Positions 1 through 8,983 of a stretch of DNA of 32,000 nucleotides are shown here, piece by piece. Where the stretch lies: contig NZ_CP015101.1 in the NCBI RefSeq assembly GCF_002214465.1, positions 80,502 through 112,501 of the forward strand, given 5' to 3'. Each line of letters starts with the position of its first letter. Position 1 is the stretch's first letter. The notes under the pieces are model-generated. The model saw nothing but the letters and a program-made list of their open reading frames with translations, made no database searches and was not told the origin of the DNA. The stretch comes from Thermococcus barossii (GTDB lineage Archaea > Methanobacteriota_B > Thermococci > Thermococcales > Thermococcaceae). Position numbers and translations under genes: made by a program.

Positions 1-533
1 GTTGCGACGGTTTCAAACCTCTTGAGCTCGAAATCTGGGCTTCTTACGAGTTTCACCTCAACCTCAAGCCATTTGCGACCGAATGCTTCCTCCGTCAGCT
101 TTTTTACTTCCCCGCTCCTTGGAACCGCCGAGCCGTAAAAGACCACGGCTTTTTCAATCCCAAGTTCCTGCAGTGCCTGTGCGATATTCCCGAGGAGCCG
201 GCCGGTGCCTTCGTTGAGCCTGTACCTTCCCTGGTACTTCAAATCCCTCACGAGCCCGTCCTCGCAGAGTATGGCCCGCCCTTCGAGAAGCGACTCGAGG
301 GTTATCAGGACGTTGAAGCCGTCTATCCCGAGAACCCTGCCCTCCATTTCCTCAGGCGATAGGAGCTTTTTCCTTACCTCCCCCACCCACCCATCGGAGA
401 ACACGCACCTTGCCAGGAGGTAGCGCTCGCCCCTGGTCAGCCGGTAATGATTGGCCACGAAGTCAAGGGCATACCCTTTCCGGTAGCCCCTGTTGAGTAG
501 GTACTTCAGGTCACGGTATGCCTCGGCCAGCAT
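1..533 (-). CDS. Conserved archaeal hypothetical protein, DUF434-like (partial; 3' end lies beyond the window start)
   Basis: The minus-strand frame is open from the ATG at 533 to base 3 (177 codons, translated by hand). It is absent from the ORF track because no stop lies in the window. It begins MLAEAYRDLKYLLNRGYRKGYALDFVANHYRLTRGERYLLARCVF, which I recall as DUF434-type. It lies 21 nt downstream of the HD gene on the same strand. Confidence 0.6.
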   Translation of the reverse strand, partial: MLAEAYRDLKYLLNRGYRKGYALDFVANHYRLTRGERYLLARCVFSDGWVGEVRKKLLSPEEMEGRVLGIDGFNVLITLESLLEGRAILCEDGLVRDLKYQGRYRLNEGTGRLLGNIAQALQELGIEKAVVFYGSAVPRSGEVKKLTEEAFGRKWLEVEVKLVRSPDFELKRFETVA

Positions 534-554
534 GGATAAAGAAACGGTGGAAGG

Positions 555-1325
555 TTAAATAACCTTCTCCATGACCTCCGTGCCGGTGTGTATCCTGAGC
601 CTGACCTTTCCGGCCAGCAGGGAGCTTTTGACCTTCTTCGTCAGTATCTCGTCCACCTGAAAGATTCCCGCCGGGTGTTTCATCCATATCTCGATGAGTA
701 TCGGTTGCTCCTCGTTTCCTTCCCTTATCTCCACCCTCTCAATGGCAAGGGCGGAAACCGCGTGTATGTCAACCTTGTCCTTCTTGTGGACGAGCCTGCT
801 CCTTCCGGCCTCCATGTCGCAGCCGTCCGCTATCGTGACGAGGGAACCCTCGATTGTGGTGCAGGGAACCGCCTCGTCGTGGGTGTATATGGCGTTAAGG
901 GTGAGCGCCTTCAGCAGGAGTGGGTCGTTGCTTTCGAACTCCCTCACGAGGGCGTCTATTATCGGCTCGGCGAGGAAGACACTGAACTCGTAGTGGTTTA
1001 TCCTGTGTATCATGTTGCCAACGTCGTGGAACAGTGCGCCGAAAGCAACGATGAACCTGCTCCAGCGGAAGGGCTTTCCAAGCTTTTCAGCCGTCGTCTG
1101 AATTCCGAACTTCTCAATGATGTTGAGCAGCTCAAGGGCCCTCCTGGTCGTGAGAAGGACGTGAATCGGCCCGTGGTCGTTGAAGCCATAGACGTTCAGA
1201 ACGATGTAGTTGGTCGTCTCGAAGTAGTAGTGGTACTCCCTGAATGCCCTCTCGTACATCCCGTAGAGCTCCTCGTCGTTGAGGAGCTCCCTGATCTCGG
1301 CCAGCAGTTCTTCCTCCGTGTACAT
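555..1325 (-). CDS. HD-domain metal-dependent phosphohydrolase
   Basis: Track ORF 555..1334. An HD signature is present (GPIHVLL ... GALFHDVGN). The ATG at 1325 is preceded by GGGTGGAAAAG (RBS), whereas the track start at 1334 is a GTG, so the start was re-set to 1325. Confidence 0.8.
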   Translation of the reverse strand: MYTEEELLAEIRELLNDEELYGMYERAFREYHYYFETTNYIVLNVYGFNDHGPIHVLLTTRRALELLNIIEKFGIQTTAEKLGKPFRWSRFIVAFGALFHDVGNMIHRINHYEFSVFLAEPIIDALVREFESNDPLLLKALTLNAIYTHDEAVPCTTIEGSLVTIADGCDMEAGRSRLVHKKDKVDIHAVSALAIERVEIREGNEEQPILIEIWMKHPAGIFQVDEILTKKVKSSLLAGKVRLRIHTGTEVMEKVI

Positions 1326-1367
1326 CTTTTCCACCCAAGGGCGTGGAGGAAAGGAGGTTTTAAGAGT

Positions 1368-1784
1368 TTACTCCAGCATGCCTTCGAGCTCAAGTATCTT
1401 CTTCGAGCGGAGGTAGATGACGGGGATTCCCATCTCACGGAGGCGTCTCTTCAGCCCCTTGTCATTTGTGCAGACCACAACGCGCTCGTTCTTCACGGCA
1501 AACTCGAAAATCTGATCGTCTATGGGCCTCTCTCCAAAGCGGCCTATATCAAGGGTCTCAAATCTCTCCGCAAGCTTTTTGGCCATCCTGATGGCCATCA
1601 GGTCTTTCCCGCGGGACTTTCTCTCTATAACCTCCAGCTCCTGGAGGACGACGTTCGGAACGGCTATTCTGAACCTCACGTCGAGAACCCTGTTAAGCTC
1701 GCCGATTATGTCGACGCCGAACTGCCCGGGAACCAGCAGAAAGTTCGTGTCCGGGATTACCAGCCACTCCCGTCCCTTGGACAT
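1368..1784 (-). CDS. PIN-domain protein, Fcf1/Utp24-like (COG1412-type)
   Basis: Track ORF 1368..1793. The N-terminus reads LVIPDTNFLL (PIN acidic motif) and TNDKGLKRRL lies near the C-terminus. The ATG at 1784 is preceded by GGTGAG. The position directly after aIF2-gamma is a conserved archaeal neighbourhood. Confidence 0.8.
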   Translation of the reverse strand: MSKGREWLVIPDTNFLLVPGQFGVDIIGELNRVLDVRFRIAVPNVVLQELEVIERKSRGKDLMAIRMAKKLAERFETLDIGRFGERPIDDQIFEFAVKNERVVVCTNDKGLKRRLREMGIPVIYLRSKKILELEGMLE

Positions 1785-1819
1785 GGGTCTCACCGAAGGT
1801 TAATGAAAAAGAGGGGAAC

Positions 1820-3052
1820 TCACTCCCTTATGAAGCCGTAGCCTATGAGGCGCCACCTTGAGCCAACCTGCCTGCTGATGGCGACCCTGTCGCCGACCTC
1901 GGCGCAGACCGGAATCTGAAGCTTGAGTTCGACCTCGTCCTTTCCAAGACCTGTGACGAGGCCCATCGTTCTCGCGGTGCCCACGTTGAGGAGGAGCACT
2001 TCCCTCCTCTTTATCGGCTCGACCTTGAGCTCTTCCTCGGTTCCGACAACGCGCTCAAGGAGGTGAACCTCAAGGCGGAGCTCGTCCCACACCGGTGGGA
2101 GCTTTCCGGGCTTTCCGACGACGTTTCCCGCCATCAGGTCGCCCTTGGTGAGGTACGGGTCGAGCTTGGTTCCCACCCCAACGAGACCGCCGGGGTAGGC
2201 CTCGTCCACGAACCTCCCACCGGCCTGGAGGGAGACTATCTCCGTCGTTATCGGCTCGTACCTTATCCTGCCGTGGTCCTCGTAGGGAACGCCGGGGCGA
2301 ATCTCAATCTCATCACCGACCTTGAGCTTGCCCTGGATTATCGAGCCGCCGATGACGCCGCCGACGAGCTTCTCCGGCTTGGTTCCGGGCTTGTTGACAT
2401 CAAAGCTCCTGAGAACGAGCATCTTGGGCGGTTTCTTGAGGTCGTGCTTCGGGGTTGGTATGAACTCCTCTATCGCAGCAAGGAGAACGTCAACGTTGGC
2501 TCCGTGAAGCGCGGAAATCGGGATTATCGGGGCGTTCTCGGCGACGGTGCCCTTAACGAACTCCTTTATCTCGTGATACCTTTCGATGACCTTCTCCCTA
2601 TCGACCAGCTCGATCTTGTTCAGGGCTATTACTATGTTCCTGTTGCCCACTATCTGGAGCGCCATGAGGTGCTCCCTGGTCTGGGGCATTACGCCCTCGT
2701 TTGCGGCTATGACGAGAACGGCTCCATCCATGAGGGAGGCACCGGCGAGCATGGTTGTCATGAGCGCCTCGTGGCCCGGAGCGTCTATGAAGGAAACGCG
2801 CCTCTCGAACTCTGTCTCGGCACCGCAGTAGGGACAAACCGGTGAACTCGAGTACCTCCCGCAGCTGGGGCACTTCCTTATCTCGGCATCGGCGAAGCCT
2901 ATCTTGATTGTGATTCCTCTTCTCAGCTCCTCGCTGTGGGTGTCGGTCCAGATTCCAGTTAAAGCCTTTGTGAGCGTTGTTTTACCGTGATCAACATGAC
3001 CAACCATCCCTATGTTAACCTCGGCCTGCCTAAACTCCTTCTTCTTTGCCAT
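1820..3052 (-). CDS. eif2g: Translation initiation factor aIF2 gamma subunit
   Basis: 410 aa with GTPase motifs [15 protein letters not shown] and NKIE. It also has the characteristic zinc knuckle CPSCG...CPYCG. Full-length ORF starting with ATG. Confidence 0.97.
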   Translation of the reverse strand: MAKKKEFRQAEVNIGMVGHVDHGKTTLTKALTGIWTDTHSEELRRGITIKIGFADAEIRKCPSCGRYSSSPVCPYCGAETEFERRVSFIDAPGHEALMTTMLAGASLMDGAVLVIAANEGVMPQTREHLMALQIVGNRNIVIALNKIELVDREKVIERYHEIKEFVKGTVAENAPIIPISALHGANVDVLLAAIEEFIPTPKHDLKKPPKMLVLRSFDVNKPGTKPEKLVGGVIGGSIIQGKLKVGDEIEIRPGVPYEDHGRIRYEPITTEIVSLQAGGRFVDEAYPGGLVGVGTKLDPYLTKGDLMAGNVVGKPGKLPPVWDELRLEVHLLERVVGTEEELKVEPIKRREVLLLNVGTARTMGLVTGLGKDEVELKLQIPVCAEVGDRVAISRQVGSRWRLIGYGFIRE

Positions 3053-3159
3053 CTTCTCTCACCCCTAAATTTAGAGCGTCGGGCGGTTTATTAAGGTTAC
3101 CTCGATGGGGAGAACTTGAGTGTAGCAGAAAAGCGATAAGTTTGGGGAAAGGAGGAAGC

Positions 3160-3537
3160 TCAGAAGACGAGCTTCATGTTGATCTGGACGATCTCGGGGC
3201 TGATGGTGTTGCCCCTGACGGTCTTCTTCCTCCTCTCACCCTTCTCCTTGGGCCTGAAGCCCGGCCCCTTGGAGACGAGTATCTTGACCCTCCTCGGGCC
3301 ATGAACGTCGGGCCTCATGGGGAAGCCGTCCTTGTCGGTACCACCGGTTATCCTGAGCTTGACGTTGCCTGGAATCTCCTCCCCGAATATCTCGGTGAGG
3401 TTCAGCCCGAGCTCGCTCGCGGGAATCTCCTCCCCTATGCGCTTTCCTATGAGCTTTTCGGCTCCTTCGCCGCTTATCTCGACCTGCTTCGCTATCCCGT
3501 TCTTGGGGTTGGATATAACGAGCTTAAAGGTCGCCAT
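3160..3537 (-). CDS. rps6e: 30S ribosomal protein S6e
   Basis: 125 aa, [14 protein letters not shown]...[19 protein letters not shown], typical of S6e. A strong SD (GGAGGTGGGAGG) lies upstream of the ATG at 3537. Confidence 0.95.
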   Translation of the reverse strand: MATFKLVISNPKNGIAKQVEISGEGAEKLIGKRIGEEIPASELGLNLTEIFGEEIPGNVKLRITGGTDKDGFPMRPDVHGPRRVKILVSKGPGFRPKEKGERRKKTVRGNTISPEIVQINMKLVF

Positions 3538-3685
3538 TTCCTCCCACCTCCGATGTCATTAGCGGGATTCATTGGGTAAACCCCTTATCCAGTGAGCGCT
3601 GTGGTTTGGCCTTTAAAAAGTTTCCCCTCAATCAAAACTTTTTTATACCTTAGCGCCCGTAGGCACTTCTTGAGGGGTGAGATAA

Positions 3686-3856
3686 ATGGCAAAAGAGAGA
3701 ACAACGCTTCCGCCAACCGGTGCCGGTCTCATGAGGTTCTTCGACGAAGACACCAGGGCGATAAAGATAAGCCCAAGGGGAGTCATAGCGGTTACGCTGA
3801 TTCTGGTCGCCCTTGAGATACTCCTCCACGCGTTTGGGGCGCAGATCTTCGGTTAA
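3686..3856 (+). CDS. Preprotein translocase subunit Sec61-beta (archaeal SecG)
   Basis: A 56-aa ORF not in the track (below its size cut-off): MAKERTTLPPTGAGLMRFFDEDTRAIKISPRGVIAVTLILVALEILLHAFGAQIFG. It has the GLMRFFDE motif and a single C-terminal TM helix typical of Sec61-beta. The RBS GAGGGGTGAG ends 5 nt before the ATG, and the TATA-like TTTTTTATACC lies at about 3640. Confidence 0.85.
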   Translation: MAKERTTLPPTGAGLMRFFDEDTRAIKISPRGVIAVTLILVALEILLHAFGAQIFG

Positions 3857-4509
3857 ATAAAGCTCGTCTTCTTTAATCCCCTTGCGTTTAGTTCTTCGTT
3901 GATTATCGCCCTGACGACCTCTTCGAGCTGGGTCTGGATGAGCCTGTCCACGTCGTCCTTTATCTTGTCTATGTCGTGCCTCAGCCCTTCGAGGAGTCTT
4001 ATGTAGTCTTTGGCCATCTCAAGCTGTCCCTCCTGCCTTACCAGCTGTTCCTTGAGGTGTTCGAAGTCCTCCTTCATAACCTGGAGCTTCCTCAACTCAC
4101 GCTGTATCTCGTCGAGCTTCTTGGTGAGTTCGTAGTTCTCCTCCTTGAGCTTCTCAATGAGCCTCTCCTTGGCTTCAAGCTCCCTCACGAGGGAGTTGTA
4201 CTCCTCCGCTATCTGGTTGAGCCTCTCTATCTCCCTGAGGGGCGGGACTTTGCCGTTTCCGAGGATTATGACGTCGGGCCCAACGTTGACTATGTCGCTT
4301 GGCCTTATCTTGAGCTTCTTCTCGCTGGAGAACATGCTCTGGCCCTTTCCGAGGTTCTCAACTTCCTTCATCTTGAGGATGAAGTAGAATTGGTCACCCT
4401 CAACCTCGACGTTTATGTCGGTCACAAAACCCAGTATCTTTCCGTCCGTCAGGGAAATGACGAATTTGTTTATGAGCTGGTTGGCCTTGGTTTCGCCACC
4501 CTCTACCAT
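3853..4509 (-). CDS. PRC-barrel domain protein with long C-terminal coiled coil
   Basis: Track ORF 3853..4560. The start was re-set to the ATG at 4509, which is preceded by GGTGGTG. The N-terminal ~95 aa look like a PRC barrel (SLTDGKILGFVTDINVEVEGDQFYFIL ... IRPSDIVNVGPDVIIL). The remaining ~120 aa are heptad-rich and E/K/L-rich. Confidence 0.7.
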   Translation of the reverse strand: MVEGGETKANQLINKFVISLTDGKILGFVTDINVEVEGDQFYFILKMKEVENLGKGQSMFSSEKKLKIRPSDIVNVGPDVIILGNGKVPPLREIERLNQIAEEYNSLVRELEAKERLIEKLKEENYELTKKLDEIQRELRKLQVMKEDFEHLKEQLVRQEGQLEMAKDYIRLLEGLRHDIDKIKDDVDRLIQTQLEEVVRAIINEELNARGLKKTSFI

Positions 4510-4603
4510 AAAACACCACCGTTGGGACTTGTCCCTTCGCCTACTTAACTTTTCCGCCAAGGCTTATAAGGCGAAAAAACTTTCATCGCTTACGGTGAGA
4601 CGG

Positions 4604-5233
4604 ATGATAATATTCGTGGGACGTTCGAACGTTGGAAAGAGCACGCTCATCTTCCGCCTGACGGGCAAGTGGGTGAAGCGTGGCAAGAGGCCAGGGGTCA
4701 CCAGGAAGCCGGTGGAGATAAACTGGCGCGGGAAGCTTGTGGTGGACATGCCGGGCTTTGGATTCATGAGCGGCGTTCCAAAGGCAAGGCAGGAGAGAAT
4801 CAAGGACGAGATAGTCCATTTTATCGAGGACAACGCCGAGAAGATAGAGCTGGCCGTTCTCGTCATAGACGGAAAGGCCGCTCCTGAGATAATAGAGCGC
4901 TGGGAGAAGCGGGGGGAGATACCCATTGACGTGGAGTTCTACGGTTTCCTTCGAGAGCTGGGAATACCAACTATAGTAGCGGTCAACAAGATGGACAAGG
5001 TAAAGAACCTCCAGAAAACCATAAACTTCCTGGCGGAGAAGTTCGGTGTCCCCTATAGTGAGATACCCGAGACCTTTGTTCCCATCTCCGCCAAGTTCGG
5101 GAAGAACCTGATGGAGCTTAGAATGCTGATGGAGAAGAAGCTTAAAGAGGGCAGGAAGCGGCCCTCCGGGGAAGCGGAATCAGAGGGCCTCAAGGACGAT
5201 GTGGGTAATGGTCTCCTTGACGCCGTCGAGTGA
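4604..5233 (+). CDS. engB: Ribosome-biogenesis GTPase EngB/YsxC
   Basis: Track ORF 4415..5233 is 5'-overextended. The ATG at 4604 is preceded by GGTGAG. Motifs are G1 GRSNVGKST, G3 DMPGFG and G4 NKMDK. Confidence 0.85.
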   Translation: MIIFVGRSNVGKSTLIFRLTGKWVKRGKRPGVTRKPVEINWRGKLVVDMPGFGFMSGVPKARQERIKDEIVHFIEDNAEKIELAVLVIDGKAAPEIIERWEKRGEIPIDVEFYGFLRELGIPTIVAVNKMDKVKNLQKTINFLAEKFGVPYSEIPETFVPISAKFGKNLMELRMLMEKKLKEGRKRPSGEAESEGLKDDVGNGLLDAVE

Positions 5234-5644
5234 GGCTATCTCCTCGAGTATCTCGTCGAGCCTGGTTTTGTCGGCCTCAACTATGAGGTCAATGTCTCCA
5301 GTCACGCGGTATATCTTCTTTATCTTGAGCTTTTTGATGTGCTCGTAGACGTGCTTCCTCTTGGTGGGCTCTATCTTCACGAAGACGAAGACATCGCCCT
5401 TCTTCTCGCCGAGAAGGTCAAGGGCCTTGTCGGTGAGGTCTATGAAGCCCCTTCCGGTTCTTATGTAACCGAGTTCTTTGAGCACCTTGAGATGATTACT
5501 CAAGGCCTGTCTGGTTATTCCAAGCTCCTCCGCAAGTTCGTCTTGAGTTTTCTCAACTGTATGCACTTCGATGGTCTTTCCTTCCTCGTAGAACTTCCTG
5601 AGCAGCCGTATCTGCCTCGGGGTAAGGGTTGACCTCCCTTCCAT
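5180..5644 (-). CDS. Lrp/AsnC-family transcriptional regulator (wHTH plus RAM-type ligand domain)
   Basis: Track ORF 5180..5650 starts at a TTG. The ATG at 5644 is preceded by AGGAGGT. The HTH is QDELAEELGITRQALSNHLKVLKELGYI, and the C-terminal VFVFVKIE...VTGDIDLIVE...THIVL is typical of Lrp/AsnC effector domains. Confidence 0.8.
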   Translation of the reverse strand: MEGRSTLTPRQIRLLRKFYEEGKTIEVHTVEKTQDELAEELGITRQALSNHLKVLKELGYIRTGRGFIDLTDKALDLLGEKKGDVFVFVKIEPTKRKHVYEHIKKLKIKKIYRVTGDIDLIVEADKTRLDEILEEIASLDGVKETITHIVLEAL

Positions 5645-5807
5645 ATCCAAAACCTCCTTTTTGCAGGATTAGCGTTTACAGCTTTATTAAACCAACCATT
5701 TTTAAGTCTTATGTCAAATTTTCCGGTTCCATAGATTATGACCACTACGGCTCTTATAAGTCTTTCCAAAAGTTAGCTTTTTAATTCCTGCCTTCATAGG
5801 AACCCAT

Positions 5808-6875
5808 ATGAACAAAGCGACCTACACGGAGGATGTCCCACCGGACAGGTTTGGGCTCCTTGAGAGGATAATGTCCCTTGGAAGACCCGCAAGGGTCATG
5901 CTGATAGGGGCCACGGACAGTGGGAAAACGACACTGCTGACTTTCTTGGCCAACAGGCTTCTCGATGAGGGCCTTAAGGTGGCAGTGGTTGACAGCGACG
6001 TCGGCCAGAAGGGTGTTCTTCCCCCAGCCACCGTGAGCCTTGCCTTCCCTGAGGGCCCCTTCGAATCTCCCGGAGAGCTCTCCGCCATGGCCCACTACTT
6101 CATTGGCACCATAACCCCAGGTCAGTACATAGGTGAGATGGCCGTCGGGGTCAAGAGACTGACAGACCTGGCTTCCAGGGAAGCCGACGTGGTTCTCATA
6201 GACACGACCGGCTTTGTCACCGGTTCGGGAATTGAAATGAAGCGCCTCAAAGCCGAGCTTGTAAGGCCCGAGCTCATGGTTTTTCTGGAGCGGAAGGGTG
6301 AGCTTTCTCACTTGAGAAGGCTTCTCTCCCCGTACGGGGAGATGGTGACTCTGTCCGTTAGCGAGAAGGCGCGGGAGCATTCGAGGGGTGAGCGCAGAGA
6401 GGTGCGGAGGGAAAAGTGGAGGGCGTACTTCTCAAACGCGTCGCTGGTTGAGGTTGACCTTTCGAAGGTAGTGCCCTCCGGAACGGAGCTCTTCAGGGGC
6501 AGACCTTTGAAACAGGAGGAGAAGGATCTCCTCTCGGCGCTTTTCAGGTGGCTCGTGATAGCCGGCTGGAAGGGAGAGCGGTACGCCGTTGTCAAGGCCG
6601 ATGCAGACTCGGGCCCCAGGCAGTACAGCCGCTCGGTAATCCATGCCATCGATTTTGAGATGCTGAGCAATCTCCTGGTGGGGTTCATCGACGAGAACGG
6701 GCTCTGTCCTGGAGTGGGTATACTGAAATGGATAAACTTTGGTGGGATGAAAGCACAGGTCCTGACGCCACTTTCGTCCAATGAACTCGACAGAGCGGTT
6801 GAACTCCGCTTTGGCCGGATAAGGGTGCTTGAGACGGGTGAGGAGCTTGGTCTCCTTCGAAGGGAGGAGCTCTAG
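5808..6875 (+). CDS. Clp1/Grc3-type polynucleotide 5'-hydroxyl kinase
   Basis: 355 aa with P-loop GATDSGKTT followed by VVDSDVGQ and LIDTTG, as in archaeal Clp1 homologues. The TATA-like CTTTTTAATT lies about 25 nt upstream of the ATG, so the mRNA may be leaderless. Confidence 0.8.
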   Translation: MNKATYTEDVPPDRFGLLERIMSLGRPARVMLIGATDSGKTTLLTFLANRLLDEGLKVAVVDSDVGQKGVLPPATVSLAFPEGPFESPGELSAMAHYFIGTITPGQYIGEMAVGVKRLTDLASREADVVLIDTTGFVTGSGIEMKRLKAELVRPELMVFLERKGELSHLRRLLSPYGEMVTLSVSEKAREHSRGERREVRREKWRAYFSNASLVEVDLSKVVPSGTELFRGRPLKQEEKDLLSALFRWLVIAGWKGERYAVVKADADSGPRQYSRSVIHAIDFEMLSNLLVGFIDENGLCPGVGILKWINFGGMKAQVLTPLSSNELDRAVELRFGRIRVLETGEELGLLRREEL

Positions 6876-6919
6876 CAAAGATTTTTAAGGCAATTACCTA
6901 ATCGAATTAGGTGTCCCTA

Positions 6920-7750
6920 ATGGAACTCAAGGCGTTCGTGGAGATAACTCGGCCCCACAACTGCATTCTGGCGGGGGTTGTGGGTGTCCTGGGTTCAATA
7001 GTTGCAGTTGGGCACTTTCCGGACCTGGGTACGGCATTTCTGGTCTTTTTAGTCGTCACCCTTGGCTGTGCCGGGGGTAACACCATAAACGACTACTTTG
7101 ACTACGAGATAGATAAAATCAACCGGCCCGAAAGGCCGCTCCCCAGGGGGGCAATGGGTAGGAAAACCGCCCTTTACTATTCAATGCTCCTGCTCGCGAT
7201 CGGCCTGGTTCTTGCGTACTTCATCAACGTCCGGGCATTCCTTCTCGCTGTTATTGCGTATGCGGCGATGCTCCTATACGCCTGGAAGCTCAAGCCGCTC
7301 CCGTTCATAGGGAACCTAGTCGTTGCGGGTCTCACGGGTGCAACACCGCTCTACGGTGCTCTCGCCGTTGAGCGCATCGGCTTAGCTGGCTATCTCGCTC
7401 TCTGTGCCTTTCTGGTAAACGTTGCCAGGGAGGTTGTGAAGGACATCGAGGACGTGGAGGGTGATGTTGCCAAGGGGGCCAGGACGCTTCCCATAATCTG
7501 GGGCAAGAAGAAGGCGGCTTACGTCGGGGCAACCTTTGCCCTTCTGACTGTGGCGGCCTCCTTTCTTCCGGTTCGGGCCGGTGTTGGCCTCGGCTACTAT
7601 GCAATGGTGCCGGTTGACCTGATAATACTCTACGCCGTGTACATCATACTTAAGAACCAGGACAGGGAATCGGCACACAGGGCCCAGAAGTTGCTCAAGG
7701 TGAGCATCTTCCTGGCAGTTATGGCGTTCATAGTGGCCGCGATGGTGTGA
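6920..7750 (+). CDS. UbiA-family prenyltransferase, digeranylgeranylglyceryl phosphate synthase-like
   Basis: A multi-TM protein with Asp-rich motifs NDYFDYEIDKINRPERPLPRG and KDIEDVEGD. The track start is a GTG at 6911. The in-frame ATG at 6920 has AGGTG 7 nt upstream, so either start is possible. Confidence 0.85.
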   Translation: MELKAFVEITRPHNCILAGVVGVLGSIVAVGHFPDLGTAFLVFLVVTLGCAGGNTINDYFDYEIDKINRPERPLPRGAMGRKTALYYSMLLLAIGLVLAYFINVRAFLLAVIAYAAMLLYAWKLKPLPFIGNLVVAGLTGATPLYGALAVERIGLAGYLALCAFLVNVAREVVKDIEDVEGDVAKGARTLPIIWGKKKAAYVGATFALLTVAASFLPVRAGVGLGYYAMVPVDLIILYAVYIILKNQDRESAHRAQKLLKVSIFLAVMAFIVAAMV

Positions 7751-7762
7751 GGGGGTGAGGGT

Positions 7763-8143
7763 ATGGAGTTTAAAGACGAACTCGTGAGAAACCTCGAATC
7801 TGAGGAGCTGTGGACTGTCATCACCTTTAAGACGCCCTACGGACCAGCGAAGACCCTTGAAAAGCTCGTGGAAGCCGTTGAGGATGCGGGTTGGCACATC
7901 ACGTTCAAGGCCAACTGGTGGACCGCTGACATCCCCTACGGCCTGGCGAGGATAGACGCCAGGAAAGGAGACCGGGAGAAGATAGTGCTCGGCAAGTGGA
8001 TACTGGGAAGAAAATGCGAGCTGATACGGCTGGAGAACATGCCCCTTGAAAAGGGACGCGACGAGTTCTTCCGCATGGTGGACAGCATAACCTCAACGCT
8101 CATCCACGACCCCGTGATAAGGACGATGAGGGAGCAGTACTGA
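7763..8143 (+). CDS. Hypothetical protein (126 aa)
   Basis: The ATG is preceded by GGGGGTGAGGG and lies 12 nt after the prenyltransferase stop, so co-transcription is likely. I recognise no motif. Confidence 0.6.
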   Translation: MEFKDELVRNLESEELWTVITFKTPYGPAKTLEKLVEAVEDAGWHITFKANWWTADIPYGLARIDARKGDREKIVLGKWILGRKCELIRLENMPLEKGRDEFFRMVDSITSTLIHDPVIRTMREQY

Positions 8144-8144
8144 G

Positions 8145-8169
8145 CTTTTCCTTTTTTCCAAAGGAAAAG
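8145..8169. terminator. Hairpin with T-run between convergent genes (possible bidirectional terminator)
   Basis: The stem CTTTTCC (8145-8151) pairs with GGAAAAG (8163-8169). A T6 run at 8152-8157 lies directly after the + gene stop, and T-runs also occur on the other strand after the RPA32 stop. Confidence 0.4.
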
Positions 8170-8179
8170 ATGAAGAACC

Positions 8180-8983
8180 TCAAAGCGGCTCGTAGTAGCC
8201 GATTTCCGGCTCGTATATCTCCCCTTCCGCCAGGAGCTGGGTTATTGCCTCCTCGATCAGCTCCTCATCGATTTCCTTCGAGAGCTTCTTGACTATGAAC
8301 TTGTGTGATAGCGCCTTGCCCTTCTCGCGGAGCAGGTCGAGAACGGCCTTCTTGGCCTTTTCAAGCTCCGGGTTCTCAGCTTTGGGCTCCTCCTCAACGA
8401 CTTCCTCTTCAAAGAGGGCCTCCTCGGTGCTTCTCTGTTCGAGCATCATAGTGTATAGCTCGTCTATGGTCATGAGCATGTCCTCGCTGACGCCCTTGTT
8501 CTTGGCTATGACCTTTGCCTTGGCGGTTATCCCGTAGCGGTCGTATATCTCGAAGGCTATCTTGGCCTTCTTGGCGTGTTCGGCCTTCTCCTTCAGCGTT
8601 TCGAAGCGGTGGAGTATCCACATGTTCGGTTCCACCTTCGCCACGCCCTCCACGAGTATCTGCTTGTCGTCGCGCCACTCTCCGATTTTTCCGATGATCT
8701 GAACCAGGTCGCCCTTCTTCACGAGGTTTATGAAGCGGGTGTTCTCCCTGAAACCGAAGACCCACATCGTCCCCGTGCCGTCGTCGATCTGGAACCTTCC
8801 GTAGCTCTCGTCCTCGCTCATCATGGGGTCCCTGACGACCGTGGCGACGACCTTGACGCGGTAGACCTTCCTGGCGTCTTTGGTGATCAGGTAGTTCGGC
8901 TCAAAGTCCCCCTCGCTCTTGACGTAGTAGCCCTCTATGATGTCCCTGAGGTAAACCCTGCTCGCTGGAAGGCGCTTCTTCAT
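8180..8983 (-). CDS. rpa32: Replication protein A, 32-kDa subunit (RPA32)
   Basis: 267 aa and third gene of the Thermococcales RPA41-RPA14-RPA32 operon. It has an OB-fold region (YRVKVVATVV...FQIDDGTGTMWV) and a C-terminal winged-helix-like tail. Its ATG overlaps the RPA14 stop (ATGA). Confidence 0.85.
   Translation of the reverse strand: MKKRLPASRVYLRDIIEGYYVKSEGDFEPNYLITKDARKVYRVKVVATVVRDPMMSEDESYGRFQIDDGTGTMWVFGFRENTRFINLVKKGDLVQIIGKIGEWRDDKQILVEGVAKVEPNMWILHRFETLKEKAEHAKKAKIAFEIYDRYGITAKAKVIAKNKGVSEDMLMTIDELYTMMLEQRSTEEALFEEEVVEEEPKAENPELEKAKKAVLDLLREKGKALSHKFIVKKLSKEIDEELIEEAITQLLAEGEIYEPEIGYYEPL

Noticed and set aside
1368-1784. The PIN-domain gene as a VapC toxin of a toxin-antitoxin pair
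   Set aside because: There is no small upstream antitoxin ORF. Its position after aIF2-gamma and its sequence fit the housekeeping Fcf1-like PIN family.
588-1841. A 417-aa + strand ORF spanning the HD and PIN genes
   Set aside because: It is antisense to two well-supported minus-strand genes. It is low-complexity and Leu/Val/Pro/Arg-rich with no motifs, typical of a shadow ORF in GC-rich coding DNA.
3592-3816. A 74-aa + strand ORF from the track
   Set aside because: It is in a different frame from the convincing Sec61-beta ORF (3686..3856), which has an RBS and family motifs. The 74-aa product has no features.
4415-4603. Long N-terminal extensions in track ORFs (for example 4415, 19085, 23642, 26737 and 4560)
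   Set aside because: The extensions overlap neighbouring genes or promoters, lack an RBS, and precede internal ATGs with good GGTGA-type RBSs and family-typical N-termini. Starts were re-set accordingly.
5781-6380. A 199-aa minus-strand ORF opposite the Clp1-like gene
   Set aside because: It is antisense to a gene with a clear P-loop and family motifs. It has no motifs of its own.
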